Shown here: positions 23,635 through 35,689 of the stretch, one piece after another
How the letters are laid out: each line of letters opens with the position of its first letter
Position numbering within the stretch: the stretch's first letter is position 1
Assembly (NCBI RefSeq): GCF_000315625.1
Contig: NW_005434672.1
Location: 174,698-238,697, forward strand
Direction of reading: 5' to 3'
Source: Guillardia theta CCMP2712
Taxonomy: Eukaryota > Protista > Cryptophyta
Length of the DNA: 64,000 nt
Program-made: the position numbers and the translations under genes
Notes under the pieces: generated by a model
Told to the model about the DNA's origin: nothing
Databases searched by the model: none
What the model saw: the letters and a program-made list of their open reading frames with translations, nothing else

Positions 23635-26392
23635 ATGGTCAAATCAATCCTTACTCGCTCTCAGAACAATGGGTCATCTTCCAGTCGTCATCACTTAGAA
23701 GACGTCAGTCACGTTACAGCTGTGCATGGCCAACAAGAGACATTGCAATCAGAGCCACCACATCAAGATCCATTCTATGAGCATCAATCACATCAACCAT
23801 TCCCGCAAAGAGGCTCGGCATCCAGCGTTAAGAGAAGCACCGAGAAGAACAGGTATGTTGGCAACAGCGCGGCGAAGATGAAGATAAATCGCTGGATCTG
23901 CCATCAGCATGTAGAGCTGCTACACAAGAAGAGAAGTAGCCCGTGGGTGTTCATACTAGAGGCAGAAACCTGCTCGACTATTGAAACCTTGGTAGATTGT
24001 CAGTGCGCCAGCAACAGTATTGTGATCGCCAACCCAAACGACCGCGTGCGAGGGGCGATACAGAGTTTGTTTCCGGAAGTGCATTCTTTTGCCATGACGT
24101 CGCACGAGTTCTTTTCTGCGCTTGAAGATCAGCGTCAAGAGAAAGAGAGTCTGCAGATGCGGGGTTGGGGAGGAAGCTTCGGGTTGATATGGCTGGATTA
24201 CTGCGGGACTTTCTCGTCCATCGCAGGGAGGAAACGGCAGAAAGACGTTCTCACCATCTTCAAGCTGGGGCTCATCTGCAATGACAGCCATGACGGTATG
24301 CTTGTTCTGACGCTCTCGTTACGAGGGAGCCCACAGAATTATCAGCACGACGTCGTTGACTCGGTTGTCGCTTTTGTCTGCCATGCTGCGGATGCAAATG
24401 ATGTGATTGCAAGCCATGTGGGTACATGCTCGTATAAAGTCTCTTGTCAGATGTACACGCTATCATTCTATGCAAGAAAGAAGCCTCTCAGTGCTATTCA
24501 AGTTGATGTCCCATCGGAAATTGAAGGCTCAATCTTGGCGATACGGCCCGAGGAGGATCGGCAGATCTGTTTTTTCCCTGGGAGTTGGAAGATGCTTTCA
24601 ACCAAAGACAAGCTGCTTCCGGCAGGCTCTGCAATGCTAAGCACATCAAGCATTGTTTGCAAGCTTGTCAGGAAAATTCTGAAACGCTCAGTGAATGCTT
24701 GCATACAAGAGAGCAAACTCTTCTATATGACAACGAACTTGTGCAAGAGTGGTGATGAGTATGTAAGAGCGATACACCTTCTGGTTGGCGATCCAGTTGA
24801 TGTAAGCCTTGCAACACGGCTGTTACGTTCCCTTCCCCATGATGTCGAAGAGCGCGTCTTGCTTGCGAATAAGGAGTTCCATGAGACGATCAGTCAAGCT
24901 ATGACTGAAAAAGGTCAGGGGTCCTGTCTTGGCGATAACAAGTTCGACTTTATTTGGCTAGGGTATGAGAGCTACAAATCTTTCTCTGCAAGAGACTTGC
25001 AGCACTGTTACTCTTGGAGCGACATCAACGACCTCTTCAGTCACGGTTTGCTACGAACTTGCGGGGGGTTAGAGTGTTTGGTTGGAATCTGTATCAACCA
25101 TGCTTCGAACGGAGAGTGTTGGTCGGGGTCCTGTGTTGACTGGCTTGTCTTTGGATTCCAACTAGTGGCTGCCAAACATGGTTTCGACGCCAGGACTTTG
25201 GCAGTAGTTCAGTATTGTGTAGAGTGCCCAAGGCTATCCTGTGTTTTCCTAGTGCAGGAGAGCAAGAAACTTGTCACAAAATCTGAATGCGCTCAAAATG
25301 AAATGAGTAAGGTTGGAGCCACCGAGGAAGTGGCAAGTAGACATCTGGAGCAGAAATCTTGTGAATCAGTTTCAGACTACCTTCGTGTGGTCCACGAGTG
25401 TGTCGATACGATCAACGACGTTGCTGTTTCAGGCTGGAAAGTTCAGATAGGATGGGATCTAGATCGGGAAAAGGTGTGCGCCCAGTGAGAGAGGATTGCA
25501 TTGATGGAGCTGCAGGTTCCTGTGAGGTCAAGCTTCAAATACAAGAGAATCAGGTGCATGTTTTCAGTCACTCCCCTTCCCCTATCGCTAACTTCCTTCC
25601 TAGCTCGCAAGTGTCCGATCTTGTTGCGGACATTTCTGGTCAAAGGCATCTTGCTACACCCTCTGGCCGCAACGTGTCGATTCTCCTGCATGAGCCAGGG
25701 TTCTCCTGCATTCTTCCTGTGCTGCTGCGCATGACTGCTCGGCCGATGCCGATTGCGCCCGACGGTTCAACGTTGGTTGTTGATTGTGTCACGGTAGACA
25801 AACTTCAGGTACTTTGTCATGTGATGGTGTACGCGTGACAGCTTCATGTAAGGCCAGGCAAGCACAGCAGACAGCTGGGCAGGTTCATCTCAGGGAGGAA
25901 GACGTAGAGAGCATGGACTTGCTGAAGCAGATGCTGCCGTACGATGTACTGATCCTCTGTGAGGAAAGCGGATTCGGGACATGGTCTAAAGTACTTTCGT
26001 GACTGATTGCTTTTCTTGAGCCTTACCTTCTCTCTCCAAAAGGTTTGGGAAAGGCTTGTCATTGGCTGGATCACGGCAAAGAGAAATACATCGGCAGTAT
26101 ACGGTCTTGTCATGCTAGCAGAGGCGTCCTGCAAGGTGTCTTCATGTATGTTTCCTTGTAACTGTACTGACTGGGGTGTTCAGCAAGCACCAATTCTTCT
26201 TGAGCACAGATTACGGGAGGCGGCAACGAGTGCTGCATTAGGTAGAGAAGACGAACTTGCGTGTTTGTCATGACAAGATCTTGCTAGATTTGCAGCCATA
26301 TGCTTCTGAGTCCTTCAGCAGTGAAAGCTGCAACTACCACTGGGCGAGCTACCAGGTACCACACAATCATCGTTGCTGGCATCATCTATTAG
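23635..26392 (+). CDS. Protein with 2-3 tandem class I SAM-methyltransferase-like (Rossmann) repeats
   Basis: 617-aa first exon plus small downstream exons. Repeated motifs FGLIWLDYCGTF / FDFIWLGYES / YDVLILCEESG; the first two are followed by DVLTIFKLGLI and DINDLFSHGLL. Confidence 0.6.
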
Positions 26393-26890
26393 CTGTTCGG
26401 TGGTCAGTGCTCCCGGACTCTCAACGGCAGTGCCGAACCTGACTCGATCCTTGCCAGCTGCGGTGCCATGAGCGACACAAGATGCCATGATTCGCCGGGG
26501 TACTTGACTGCCGTTGACGTCCAAGGCCGATGACTCCGAGGGCCCCCGCGTGCTCGTCAGTGACTCAGTGACTTCATGAACTTAGTGTTTGAGCCCGCCG
26601 GTGACCCGGTATCAGAGTTAGCCTGGTTTAATCGGTAAAAATCGTATGAAGTCGATTGACCACATGGTTTAATTCAATCAAAAGTTGACAACGATTCCAG
26701 CTAGCTAGCTAGTAGTAGTAGGCATGCAGGTTCTTTAACCGCTCCTCCTTCTTCACGCTCCTCCTCTCCCCTCGCTCTCTTCCTCTTCCTCTCTTTCCCC
26801 TGCTCTGCTCTGCTCCCCTTACACCAAACTCCTTCCTCAACTCCTAAAAGCGTCTACTTCCTTGATTGCACTGGTTATCTTCCTCCATCG

Positions 26891-29800
26891 ATGACCCTGC
26901 TGGATGTCTGCCTCGAAGATTGCGAGGTCGAGCTCTCTTCTGGTGGAGAGAACAAATGTCTGAGAGATATCCTGAACGATCTTGATGGTTGTGCATACTG
27001 GAATGCCACTGCACAAGAACATAGCGCGTTCGATCTTTCTCTCTGTGAAGACTTGCTGTTTCAAGGCACGGATTGGGGGAGGTTGTTTGTAGAGAAACAT
27101 AACGTGTCGTCGAGTATATTAGAACAGCTCGTGTCAGTCTATATGTGGGTGAAATCAGACATACCATCTGTCATGTCTTCCATATTCACCCTGCATGCGT
27201 CTGCGTCATCGGAAAGGCTGTTTTTAACTGGAGTGAGATACCTCCAACTGATAGTGAGCTCATTGAAAACATTCTACGACATCTTCGGAGATGAGATCAT
27301 GTATTGTGGGCCCTGCCATGCTGACTTCGCGGACGATCTTTTCACTGGAGGGAACTTGACTTGTCTGAGAGCAAATGACGTTCGGGTTGTAATGCCAAGA
27401 GTTTGTTCAGTCGGCGCCGTCTTCACCTCAGACGGTCCAGGCGCAGGATGCCTTCACGTGAACTGCGAGCACGTGGTCGGGTATAGGATGAGCGTTCTGG
27501 ACCTTGGTGCGATCTTTGAGGACTCGATTCTTGTGCATCCTCGGCAGGTTTGGAGAGTTTTGTCTCAAGAGAACAAGAAAGACAAGGAAGTTCGCACAAC
27601 ATGGCAGCTGCTGGATGTAAGCGGCAAGGAGGATTTCGTTCAAACTTTGGAGGCACCGTTAGATTTGGATGACTTCACGTTGACTGTGAAAGAAGATTTC
27701 TTGGACCCCAGTCACTCCATCGTCGAAGAACAAACGCTCATCCGAAAAGTTTCCTTCATCTCCAAACCAGATTTTCTCAAGTGCACTGGAATCGTCAGCC
27801 TCTGTCCCCATGAGAACAGTCTGCACAGCAACCTCGTTCGACATGCCCGTCATCTTTGCAGTCTCAGCCATCAGTCCCTCGCTCCTTATCTTCCCGCGTC
27901 AAACTCGTCGGTTATGCTCTGCTCCATCAAAAAACCCTCCGGCGTCTCCCTCCACGAGCTTATAGAGCGCAAGGAGATCAAGACCGAGGAGAGCAAGATA
28001 GAAATCTCACATCAGATCAGCGATGGGTTGGCTTACCTGCACGACCAGGAGCTCTCTCACGGATCCCTTGACGCCATGAACGTTATACTGACTTCAACTT
28101 CGAGCGTCCAACTCGTCGACTTTGGCTGGTTCAAGGAGTTTTCGCCTGTTGACATCTGCAAAAGAAGTCTTGATAGCGAACATCAGATTCAGAGAAGTCT
28201 TGACCTTCGCAACTTGGGGGTTGTGATGCTGGAAATGCTCTCGGGAACGATCTGCGGGGGAAAGAAGCCAGTGAGCCAAGAGAACTTGCGGCTTCTGTTC
28301 GACAAGAATGTCGACTGCAAACTCGGGAAACTAGCCCACGATTGCTTCTATGGTATTGAAGGCGCTCGACCTAGTGCAAGGTATGCCGCATGGTTCTTAT
28401 CGCATCTCAATGGGGAAACCAAGGACGATTCTGTTTGCGAGTCTTCCACGAATATTTGTATCCGCCATCACGCAACTTGCGTTCAATTTACTCTCGAGAT
28501 CAAGGAACTGATCTTGAAAATGGAAGCCGCTGATGATGAAGAGAGAATATTGTTCACCTTGCAAACGATTCATGGATGGTTTCCTTCCAGCTCTCAGAAC
28601 GAATACGACAATATGCAGTTGCATGAAAGTTGCAGATGTAAAGTTTTCAAGTGTTTCTATCGCTCTGCGGTAAGTGCAGGACTGATGAACTGGATGCTGA
28701 AAGTGATGGAAAGATGCAATCAAAGTGTGTCAGTTTTCACCGAGTGTTGTGCTTGCCTCAAGGTGCTGATGAGGGACGAAACATGTCGCAGATGTTTCCA
28801 AAAGGTGAAAGGGCTGAGCATTTCTGCAGTGTCCTTATCAACCTTGGCGTGTGAGGAAGAAGTTATCAGCTCTGCTTGCTCACTCCTCGCAGCTCTACAA
28901 TCGCATGGGGGGATGAGGGATGACGATGACGTGGAGCAAGAAAAGGATTTTGATGATGGGGCGATCAAGATCTTGTCAACTGTCCTGCAGAACATGAAAG
29001 ATAGTGACCGCCCTCAAGGTCAGATATGCTCGTTGAGATGTCTTGTGGACCTATCAAGAGACCCTTGGATCGCAAACCAACTTGTCAAAGTGAGCGCAAC
29101 AGATGCTGCGTTCGAAGTCATGCAATCATCTTGCGATCAGCGTGTTAAGCTCCTAGCTTGCTCCCTTGTCTGCGAGGTCACAAGTCATGTGAGACTGAAA
29201 GACTCTGACATGCGAGAGGAGCGAATGAAGACAACTGTCGAGGTGCTGAGGAGAGCCTGTGAGGAGACTGACTGCGAGCTTGCTCGATGCTGCTCCCTTC
29301 TCATTGCAAACATTCTCAAATCAAGCAGCAAATCTTTGGGCATGCTGGAGAAGATGGGAGGAATCCCAGTTCTGATAGAGGGATTGGACCTGTTTCCTCA
29401 TGATCGACAAGTTGCTGAAAACGTGTGTGTATGTCTGCACACTCTTGCGCACAACAACCTGAAGCGAAACATGTTGATCTCTGACCTGCATGGAGTTGCC
29501 AAGGTGATCATGTGCATGCAAACGCATTCATCGGACGCAGCAACGATGCTGGCGGGATGTCGCTTGATGGGATCGCTGGCTATGAACAACTACAAGAACA
29601 AAGAAGAAATCGCGCGGAGGCGGGGAGTTGAGCTGATCCTCGAAGCGGTCACACTTTCAGTCTGTCATGAGATGTTGGTTGAAGGCTTCAAGTCTCTCTT
29701 GTCTATCTGTTGCAACCATCTGCACAACAGTGAGACAATCTTGAACAACATCGGCCGGCTGGTGTCAGCGGCAACAAACTTCAAGCATGAGGAAGCTCTT

Positions 29801-32800
29801 TGCTCGGCCTTCCTAGAACTTCTTGCCATGGCTAACAAGAGCTCGAAAGGCTCAAGCTCGCTTGAAAGTCAAGATTATATCGGCGAGCTGGTCTGGGGCT
29901 TCATGATGGAATTCTCGGGAAACAGAGACATCATCAAGAATGGGATGTCAGTTGTGTCAGCGTTTCCTGCCCCTCCTCTTGTTCATCAGCAAGAAGAGAT
30001 GCGAACTCGGGTAGTGAACATCGTCGTTGACTGTCTTGTCAAGATGTGGGAGCTCAAAAATGTCAGGCAAGCTTGTTACCACAGCCTTGCAAGCTTTGCA
30101 GATGTCGAGATAGAAGAAGAGCTTGATGTTTTGCCGGCCTTTCAACTCGTCCTGACGAGTGTCAGAGAGGAGATAGGGAATGAGAGGAGCAATATCTTAC
30201 GATGCAAGACCTTGCTCTTTCTCACTCGCTTACTTCCCTTGTATGCGATGGATGACTTCAATCAAGACATCATGGAGACATTCTCTGAATGCCTTCAAAC
30301 TTACCAAGGAGACATCTCCACAATCGTTGTGCTGTTGGATTGTTGCATTCGATTCATCTGCAAGGTCAAGTACTCGCAAGATCTCAACCGGCACATCAAA
30401 GAAATTGTCAAGTTGACACGGCAGCATCTTTCAGACTCTCCGACTCTCCAGTCGAGACTCTGCGAACTCTTTCAGCATGTCAGCAAGGCCGAGGCTGTCG
30501 ATGAGGAATGCGACTCGGCCATGTCAGAAGTGATTGAAGGATTGTCGTCTCCCAACCAAAGCAAGATTTTGAACCTCATTGCATCGTCACCGGACAAGTT
30601 CTCTAGCAAGACGCTTCAACGAGCCGTCAGCTTCATCTACCATCACATCTCATCTGAAGACAACTCCGAGGAGCGCGTTTGTCAATGTATAGACGACCTG
30701 CGCAGGATCTTTCAAACAGTCAAAGCTGATAAGTCATACACGTTCAAGACAAGCACAAGCTTCATGTCTTCTCTAGTGCATGTCCTCAAGTCCAAGACTG
30801 TGAGCGTGGAGAACAGAATTCTCACCTCCCATATGATCATGTTGCTCGTCCAAGACCAGTCAGAGAACTGCATGTTGTTCGCGGAGCAAGATGGTATCAC
30901 AGCAGTTCTCACCATGTTGGACGAGGTGGAGGACGAAACTTCAGAGAACGTCTCACTGACCGCCAACGTCTGCGCCATTCTCACGTGCTTGGCTGACGTA
31001 TCCCTCAAACTTCGTGTCTGGATCACCAACGAGGATGCGGTCAGGCGACTGCTGCGCCTCGTATCTCAACCGCAAGACAGGCTTGAGATTGTCTGCCGTG
31101 TCGTTGCCTCGCTCAACAAGCTTTGCGAAAACAATCTGCAGGGTATCGAACAACTTGCAAGCCAGGACGGTGCAGGCATTTTCATGAATCTCCTCCAACA
31201 GCAGAAGAGCAACGCTGCTATTGTTGAGGCCTCTCTGCAGATACTAGACAAGCTGTTCTCAAAGTCATACAAGGATCGAACAAACAAGACCATCTCGCAC
31301 GTGTTTGCAGCAATGTGGTTACATGAGAATTCAGAGGAAATCCAGTATCATGGTTGCACCATCCTGTTTCACATCGTGCAGAGCAAAGTCATCAAGGACT
31401 TGTCGCAACAGCTACCAAACCTTGTGTCAGTCATCAAGTCAAGTTTGTTGTATCACTTCACGGCGAAAAACTCTCGAAGTGCAGCTCAGCTCTTGCACGA
31501 GTTGTACAAGCAACTGCCGTCAAGTTCCACCCTTGTTCTTGATGAGAGACTGGCCAAACAAGTCATCAGTGCGCTAGAGGCGTTCGGATCAGATCACGAG
31601 GTCGTAGATGTCGTTGTGAAGCTACTTCATAGATCGCTCTTGTGCTACAGGGACTCGCCAATTTCTCGAGAGGCTGTGAAGCAAAGTGTGATCACAACTC
31701 TGTCGAACATGATGAGTTTACATCAAGACAATGAAGACTTGCAGACAACGTTTCTGCGACTATTTCATGCTGTCTTGCTTGACAACAAGTGCATAATATC
31801 TGATGACACCATGAAAGATCTTGCCCTTGGTATTCTGCATTCTCTCGAGCTGTTTGAAGCGCCGACGCTGAGAATCTATGCAAGCAGAAGTCTGTCGAGC
31901 ATCTTGTCAAGAAATGAGAGCATGCAGGCGATGGCGAGAGAGACTAATTTCATCAGCGTCATAACTTCTCTACTTGAAGACTCTGACGAAGAGCATCTTG
32001 TTCTTGAATCTGTCTTGATGATGATCGATAGCTTCTCACGAGGCAATGCTGCAAATGCAAACTCACTCTATTCCGCCGGCGTTTCCAAGACCATCTTCAA
32101 CGTGTTGCTTACGAATCAAGATCCCATGGTCCGTGAGAAGGCGTCGTCGACGCTATCTACTCTTGCTGCTTCACATGATGACAGATCAAAAGATAACTTC
32201 ACTGATGATGACCTGTTGGCAATCAAGAGCTTTTTTGATGACACCATGGACGCAGTAATATCAGAACCCACGATCATGTCGACATGCAGAATCATCAGCA
32301 GCTACGGTCTACATCAGACAGAGAATTTCTGCAATGTACTCATTCATCCCATCTTCAAACAGATCGTCGCCGACTACCTGCAGCCGCAGCGCCGCCAGCG
32401 GGGGCTTCTCTTGCTCTGGGGAATATTCTCGGAGATCGACTGCATTCGGAGGATAGAGGAGGAAACGATAGCAGAACTCGTTGACGTGTTGTATCGGATC
32501 GTCAAAGACAGAGAAGCTTCAAGCAAGGACGTGCAGATCTCACTTGCGATCTTGGCTGATATTTGTGATAAAAGCAGCAGTTCATCGCAGTGCTTTGCAG
32601 CACAAGATGGCATTCAGATATTCTTAGATCTTGTTGAAAGTTCTCAAGATCCAAGTGTTGTGGCATGTGCGTTGAAATTGCTGCATGCCGTGCTATCAAG
32701 GGCCGGAGATGAGTTCGTGCGGTGGGATATCTTTATTCATTTCTTCTCCAGCCTCAGGGACAGTATGAAATCAGAAGATGTTCTGGAGCAATTATTGAGA

Positions 32801-34033
32801 AATTTACATCTTGCACTCAGCAAGGACAACACGTTACTAGAGCGGTTTACAGATCAGCATGGGCTTGACTTGCTTGTTGAAATGATGAAGACTCATTCAA
32901 CATCTTTCAAGATCCTGCAACTCTGTTTTATTATCTTGTCCATGTTCTGTGATGCAAAGTTCAAGCAGAAGATGGAAGGGCTAGACGTGTTTATTCTCAC
33001 CTTGCAAGTGATGAGGGTACATGACAAGGAAGTGATCATTCAGACACACTGCTGCAAGCTGGTCGCGTGGTACGCCTGGATGTTTCCTTCCTCTCGCAAC
33101 CTGGTCGGAGAACGGGAGGGGGTGGAGAGAATCGTTTGTGCAATGCTAGAGTTCGTCGATGATAACAAGCTACAGCTTGCGGCGTGTGATGCCTTGGCGT
33201 ATCTGACGAAAGAGCAGCACAAGAACGGCGTGACGCTTGCGAGCAAGGGAGGAATGGAGCTCGTGCTAGCTGTCATGAGAGCTTTCTTAAACAACTCAAC
33301 CATCTTGGAAGTTGCATGTATGATCCTCTCAAATATCGCTCAGATCGCCTTCAAGTATTGCACCTCAATCGTCGAGCTCGGGGCTGTTGAGCTTCTGCTC
33401 GAAGCGATGCAAGGCCACCCGGAGAGCTCGAGGCTGCAGGAGCGAGCATGCTTCGTCTTGTGGAGCCTGGCGAGATCTGCAGCCCTCAAGAGATCTATGG
33501 ACAGCCGCGTCATCATCAGCAGGATAACGTTTGCTCTGGACAACCATCACACAGTACCGACAGTGCTGGAGTACGCATGCTCAGCTCTGGCCGTCTTCAT
33601 TGATCAGGAAGGCATGCTGTCGGCATTTCAGAATGACGCCGCCACTCATCTCTATCTTGCCATCCAGCATAGCATGGCTGTTGCTCAGGCGCAGCGAGCA
33701 GCTTGGCGGCTGGTGCATCTTCTTGCTGTCAAGTACGGAGACAGTGAATTCCTCATGTTGAAGTCGAGAGCGATCCCCCTCGCCCTTGACGTTCTTCTAG
33801 TCAACATGGAGACTCTGCAAGTAGTGCAGGATTGTCTGAAAGCCCTGCTGCCACTGGCACAGAAAGTCACATGGCATGCCGAGGACGAGTCTCTGAAGCA
33901 GGATGTCATCAGGGTTGTGAATCAGGTGCTGGCACGATACGGGAAACAAGACGAATCAGTCCGTCGCACAAGTAGAAGGATCTTGAAAGAACTAGACAGA
34001 TCCACAAGGGCTTGTCTGGGTTGTTTTGGTTAA
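26891..34033 (+). CDS. 2380-aa intronless protein: N-terminal pseudokinase domain followed by long ARM/HEAT repeat array
   Basis: GVSLHELI...ISHQISDGLAYLHDQELSHGSLDAMNVIL...VQLVDFG...DLRNLGVVMLEMLSG...RPSA. Many ARM-like repeats (LQLAACDALAYL, LQERACFVLWSLA). Confidence 0.85.
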   Translation: MTLLDVCLEDCEVELSSGGENKCLRDILNDLDGCAYWNATAQEHSAFDLSLCEDLLFQGTDWGRLFVEKHNVSSSILEQLVSVYMWVKSDIPSVMSSIFTLHASASSERLFLTGVRYLQLIVSSLKTFYDIFGDEIMYCGPCHADFADDLFTGGNLTCLRANDVRVVMPRVCSVGAVFTSDGPGAGCLHVNCEHVVGYRMSVLDLGAIFEDSILVHPRQVWRVLSQENKKDKEVRTTWQLLDVSGKEDFVQTLEAPLDLDDFTLTVKEDFLDPSHSIVEEQTLIRKVSFISKPDFLKCTGIVSLCPHENSLHSNLVRHARHLCSLSHQSLAPYLPASNSSVMLCSIKKPSGVSLHELIERKEIKTEESKIEISHQISDGLAYLHDQELSHGSLDAMNVILTSTSSVQLVDFGWFKEFSPVDICKRSLDSEHQIQRSLDLRNLGVVMLEMLSGTICGGKKPVSQENLRLLFDKNVDCKLGKLAHDCFYGIEGARPSARYAAWFLSHLNGETKDDSVCESSTNICIRHHATCVQFTLEIKELILKMEAADDEERILFTLQTIHGWFPSSSQNEYDNMQLHESCRCKVFKCFYRSAVSAGLMNWMLKVMERCNQSVSVFTECCACLKVLMRDETCRRCFQKVKGLSISAVSLSTLACEEEVISSACSLLAALQSHGGMRDDDDVEQEKDFDDGAIKILSTVLQNMKDSDRPQGQICSLRCLVDLSRDPWIANQLVKVSATDAAFEVMQSSCDQRVKLLACSLVCEVTSHVRLKDSDMREERMKTTVEVLRRACEETDCELARCCSLLIANILKSSSKSLGMLEKMGGIPVLIEGLDLFPHDRQVAENVCVCLHTLAHNNLKRNMLISDLHGVAKVIMCMQTHSSDAATMLAGCRLMGSLAMNNYKNKEEIARRRGVELILEAVTLSVCHEMLVEGFKSLLSICCNHLHNSETILNNIGRLVSAATNFKHEEALCSAFLELLAMANKSSKGSSSLESQDYIGELVWGFMMEFSGNRDIIKNGMSVVSAFPAPPLVHQQEEMRTRVVNIVVDCLVKMWELKNVRQACYHSLASFADVEIEEELDVLPAFQLVLTSVREEIGNERSNILRCKTLLFLTRLLPLYAMDDFNQDIMETFSECLQTYQGDISTIVVLLDCCIRFICKVKYSQDLNRHIKEIVKLTRQHLSDSPTLQSRLCELFQHVSKAEAVDEECDSAMSEVIEGLSSPNQSKILNLIASSPDKFSSKTLQRAVSFIYHHISSEDNSEERVCQCIDDLRRIFQTVKADKSYTFKTSTSFMSSLVHVLKSKTVSVENRILTSHMIMLLVQDQSENCMLFAEQDGITAVLTMLDEVEDETSENVSLTANVCAILTCLADVSLKLRVWITNEDAVRRLLRLVSQPQDRLEIVCRVVASLNKLCENNLQGIEQLASQDGAGIFMNLLQQQKSNAAIVEASLQILDKLFSKSYKDRTNKTISHVFAAMWLHENSEEIQYHGCTILFHIVQSKVIKDLSQQLPNLVSVIKSSLLYHFTAKNSRSAAQLLHELYKQLPSSSTLVLDERLAKQVISALEAFGSDHEVVDVVVKLLHRSLLCYRDSPISREAVKQSVITTLSNMMSLHQDNEDLQTTFLRLFHAVLLDNKCIISDDTMKDLALGILHSLELFEAPTLRIYASRSLSSILSRNESMQAMARETNFISVITSLLEDSDEEHLVLESVLMMIDSFSRGNAANANSLYSAGVSKTIFNVLLTNQDPMVREKASSTLSTLAASHDDRSKDNFTDDDLLAIKSFFDDTMDAVISEPTIMSTCRIISSYGLHQTENFCNVLIHPIFKQIVADYLQPQRRQRGLLLLWGIFSEIDCIRRIEEETIAELVDVLYRIVKDREASSKDVQISLAILADICDKSSSSSQCFAAQDGIQIFLDLVESSQDPSVVACALKLLHAVLSRAGDEFVRWDIFIHFFSSLRDSMKSEDVLEQLLRNLHLALSKDNTLLERFTDQHGLDLLVEMMKTHSTSFKILQLCFIILSMFCDAKFKQKMEGLDVFILTLQVMRVHDKEVIIQTHCCKLVAWYAWMFPSSRNLVGEREGVERIVCAMLEFVDDNKLQLAACDALAYLTKEQHKNGVTLASKGGMELVLAVMRAFLNNSTILEVACMILSNIAQIAFKYCTSIVELGAVELLLEAMQGHPESSRLQERACFVLWSLARSAALKRSMDSRVIISRITFALDNHHTVPTVLEYACSALAVFIDQEGMLSAFQNDAATHLYLAIQHSMAVAQAQRAAWRLVHLLAVKYGDSEFLMLKSRAIPLALDVLLVNMETLQVVQDCLKALLPLAQKVTWHAEDESLKQDVIRVVNQVLARYGKQDESVRRTSRRILKELDRSTRACLGCFG

Positions 34034-34266
34034 CGATGAGGCGGCTGCATGTTGTTACAGTAGATTCGTAGTGATTAGAAGGTGGGTTGAGATCTCACGT
34101 TGTAATAAAGATATAAGGGCTTTCGAAACCATCCTGCTCAAGCTTTTCAAGCCTACAGATATTTTCATTTATTTCAGTCACTTCACAAGTTCACGCTCAA
34201 CGATGCGATGGTAACAGTAAAACTAGTCACGCATACAGTTGTTAAGAGGCTGTTCACAACCTCTCA

Positions 34267-34757
34267 TCACAAACAACCTTCGGCACAGCTCACTGGGTCT
34301 TCCTCGTCGCACTCCATGAACCACTCGATCCATCGCCTTGAAAGAGGAACGAGAAAATCCTCGGACACGCTCAAGGGCGCTGGGATCTCGGAAGCACAGC
34401 AAGATGAAATTATTCTGAACCCTGAGGAGCCCGCAAGAGGCTCCTCGTGCTTGTGCTGCGTTGAGGTTGATTCTGACCTCTCCTTGCTCTGAGCCTGCCT
34501 CGTGTATGGCCATCGATCAAGACCAAAACGTCTGCAGACCAGCTTGAGAGTCGTCAAGGAAACGCCCTGAGAGAAGAGGGGTCAGACAGCTCAAGCCGAT
34601 GAAGTGCAACTCAGCTTACAAGGATCTGTGCTGCTTCCTCCTGACGATGATCAAAATATTGACTTATGCTATCAATGCTCAAGTGCACTCGCTTTTGACC
34701 AACCTGCCTACCCTTTTTCCTCCGAACACGGATGGTAATAGATGCTGAGGAAGACAT
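34267..34757 (-). CDS. RWP-RK transcription factor, intron-containing subfamily, copy B1 (intron 34567-34619)
   Basis: Spliced ...LSIDSISQYFDHRQEEAAQIL|GVSLTTLKLVCRRFGLDRWPY. Confidence 0.88.
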
Positions 34758-35689
34758 GGGACTTGGGTTGCTGTTGTCTGCTTTGTGTATCTATTGTCTG
34801 GTGTCTTCGCTGGGCACTTCGAAGACCGATTGAAAGCAATGGTCGGGATTATCGGAGGAACGAGGAAGGGCTAAGGGGCGAAAGATTTACAACAGATAGG
34901 GGGTGGGATCAGATGGGATAGAGTCGACTTGAGCACTTGGGTGTAGGAGACTGACTCGGAAGCGGGTGAAGGGGGCGGGGGCAGAGCAACAAGGGCAGGG
35001 GGCGTGGGTGGTTGAAAGAGGAAAGAGGCCGGAGGTTCTTTCCGCTGTCTTCACTGTAAGCTTTTCCCTGGACCGGTACGACTTCCCACTTCGAGCTAGG
35101 TAGGGGTCATTAGATTTAAAAAACCCACTCGTTTCGGGTCACCGGTCAGCAGCTGACCATGATCGTGACTGAATTACCTGTCACGGATATCGTCACATGG
35201 GTGCCCGGGATCAATATCTTTTCTGATAAGATGTGTTTTCAGCAGGCGCCAATCTGGCATCTTAAAAGGTACCTGCTGCCGCAGAAGCATCCACGGAGAT
35301 CCGCCTAGGACCCTCCCGCGTGACTCAAAAAAAAGGCCCGTCAACCGTATTTTGTCATTTTGGTTACCCCGCCTCGTGAGTCCCCCTCTCTTTACAACCG
35401 CACATGGTGCTAAACCCCCGTGACACGGCCCGAGGGGACGGGTTCAAGTTGGCCGGGTTGCTTCCGGATGACTCATTCAAACTTTAGTTATCTTGGTGCT
35501 CCAAAAACGGATGATCCAGCAGTACCAGCTGAACCTTTATATATACCCATTATAGTTTACTATTTTTTAGCGCGATGTGACAACTTGGGCACTCGCGGCC
35601 GCAGGATTATTATTATTACTACTGGGCCGTACTGGCTCGGCGGCGGAACTTCGGAAGAGAAGGAGTAGTCATGAAGTTACTTGGCGGCA

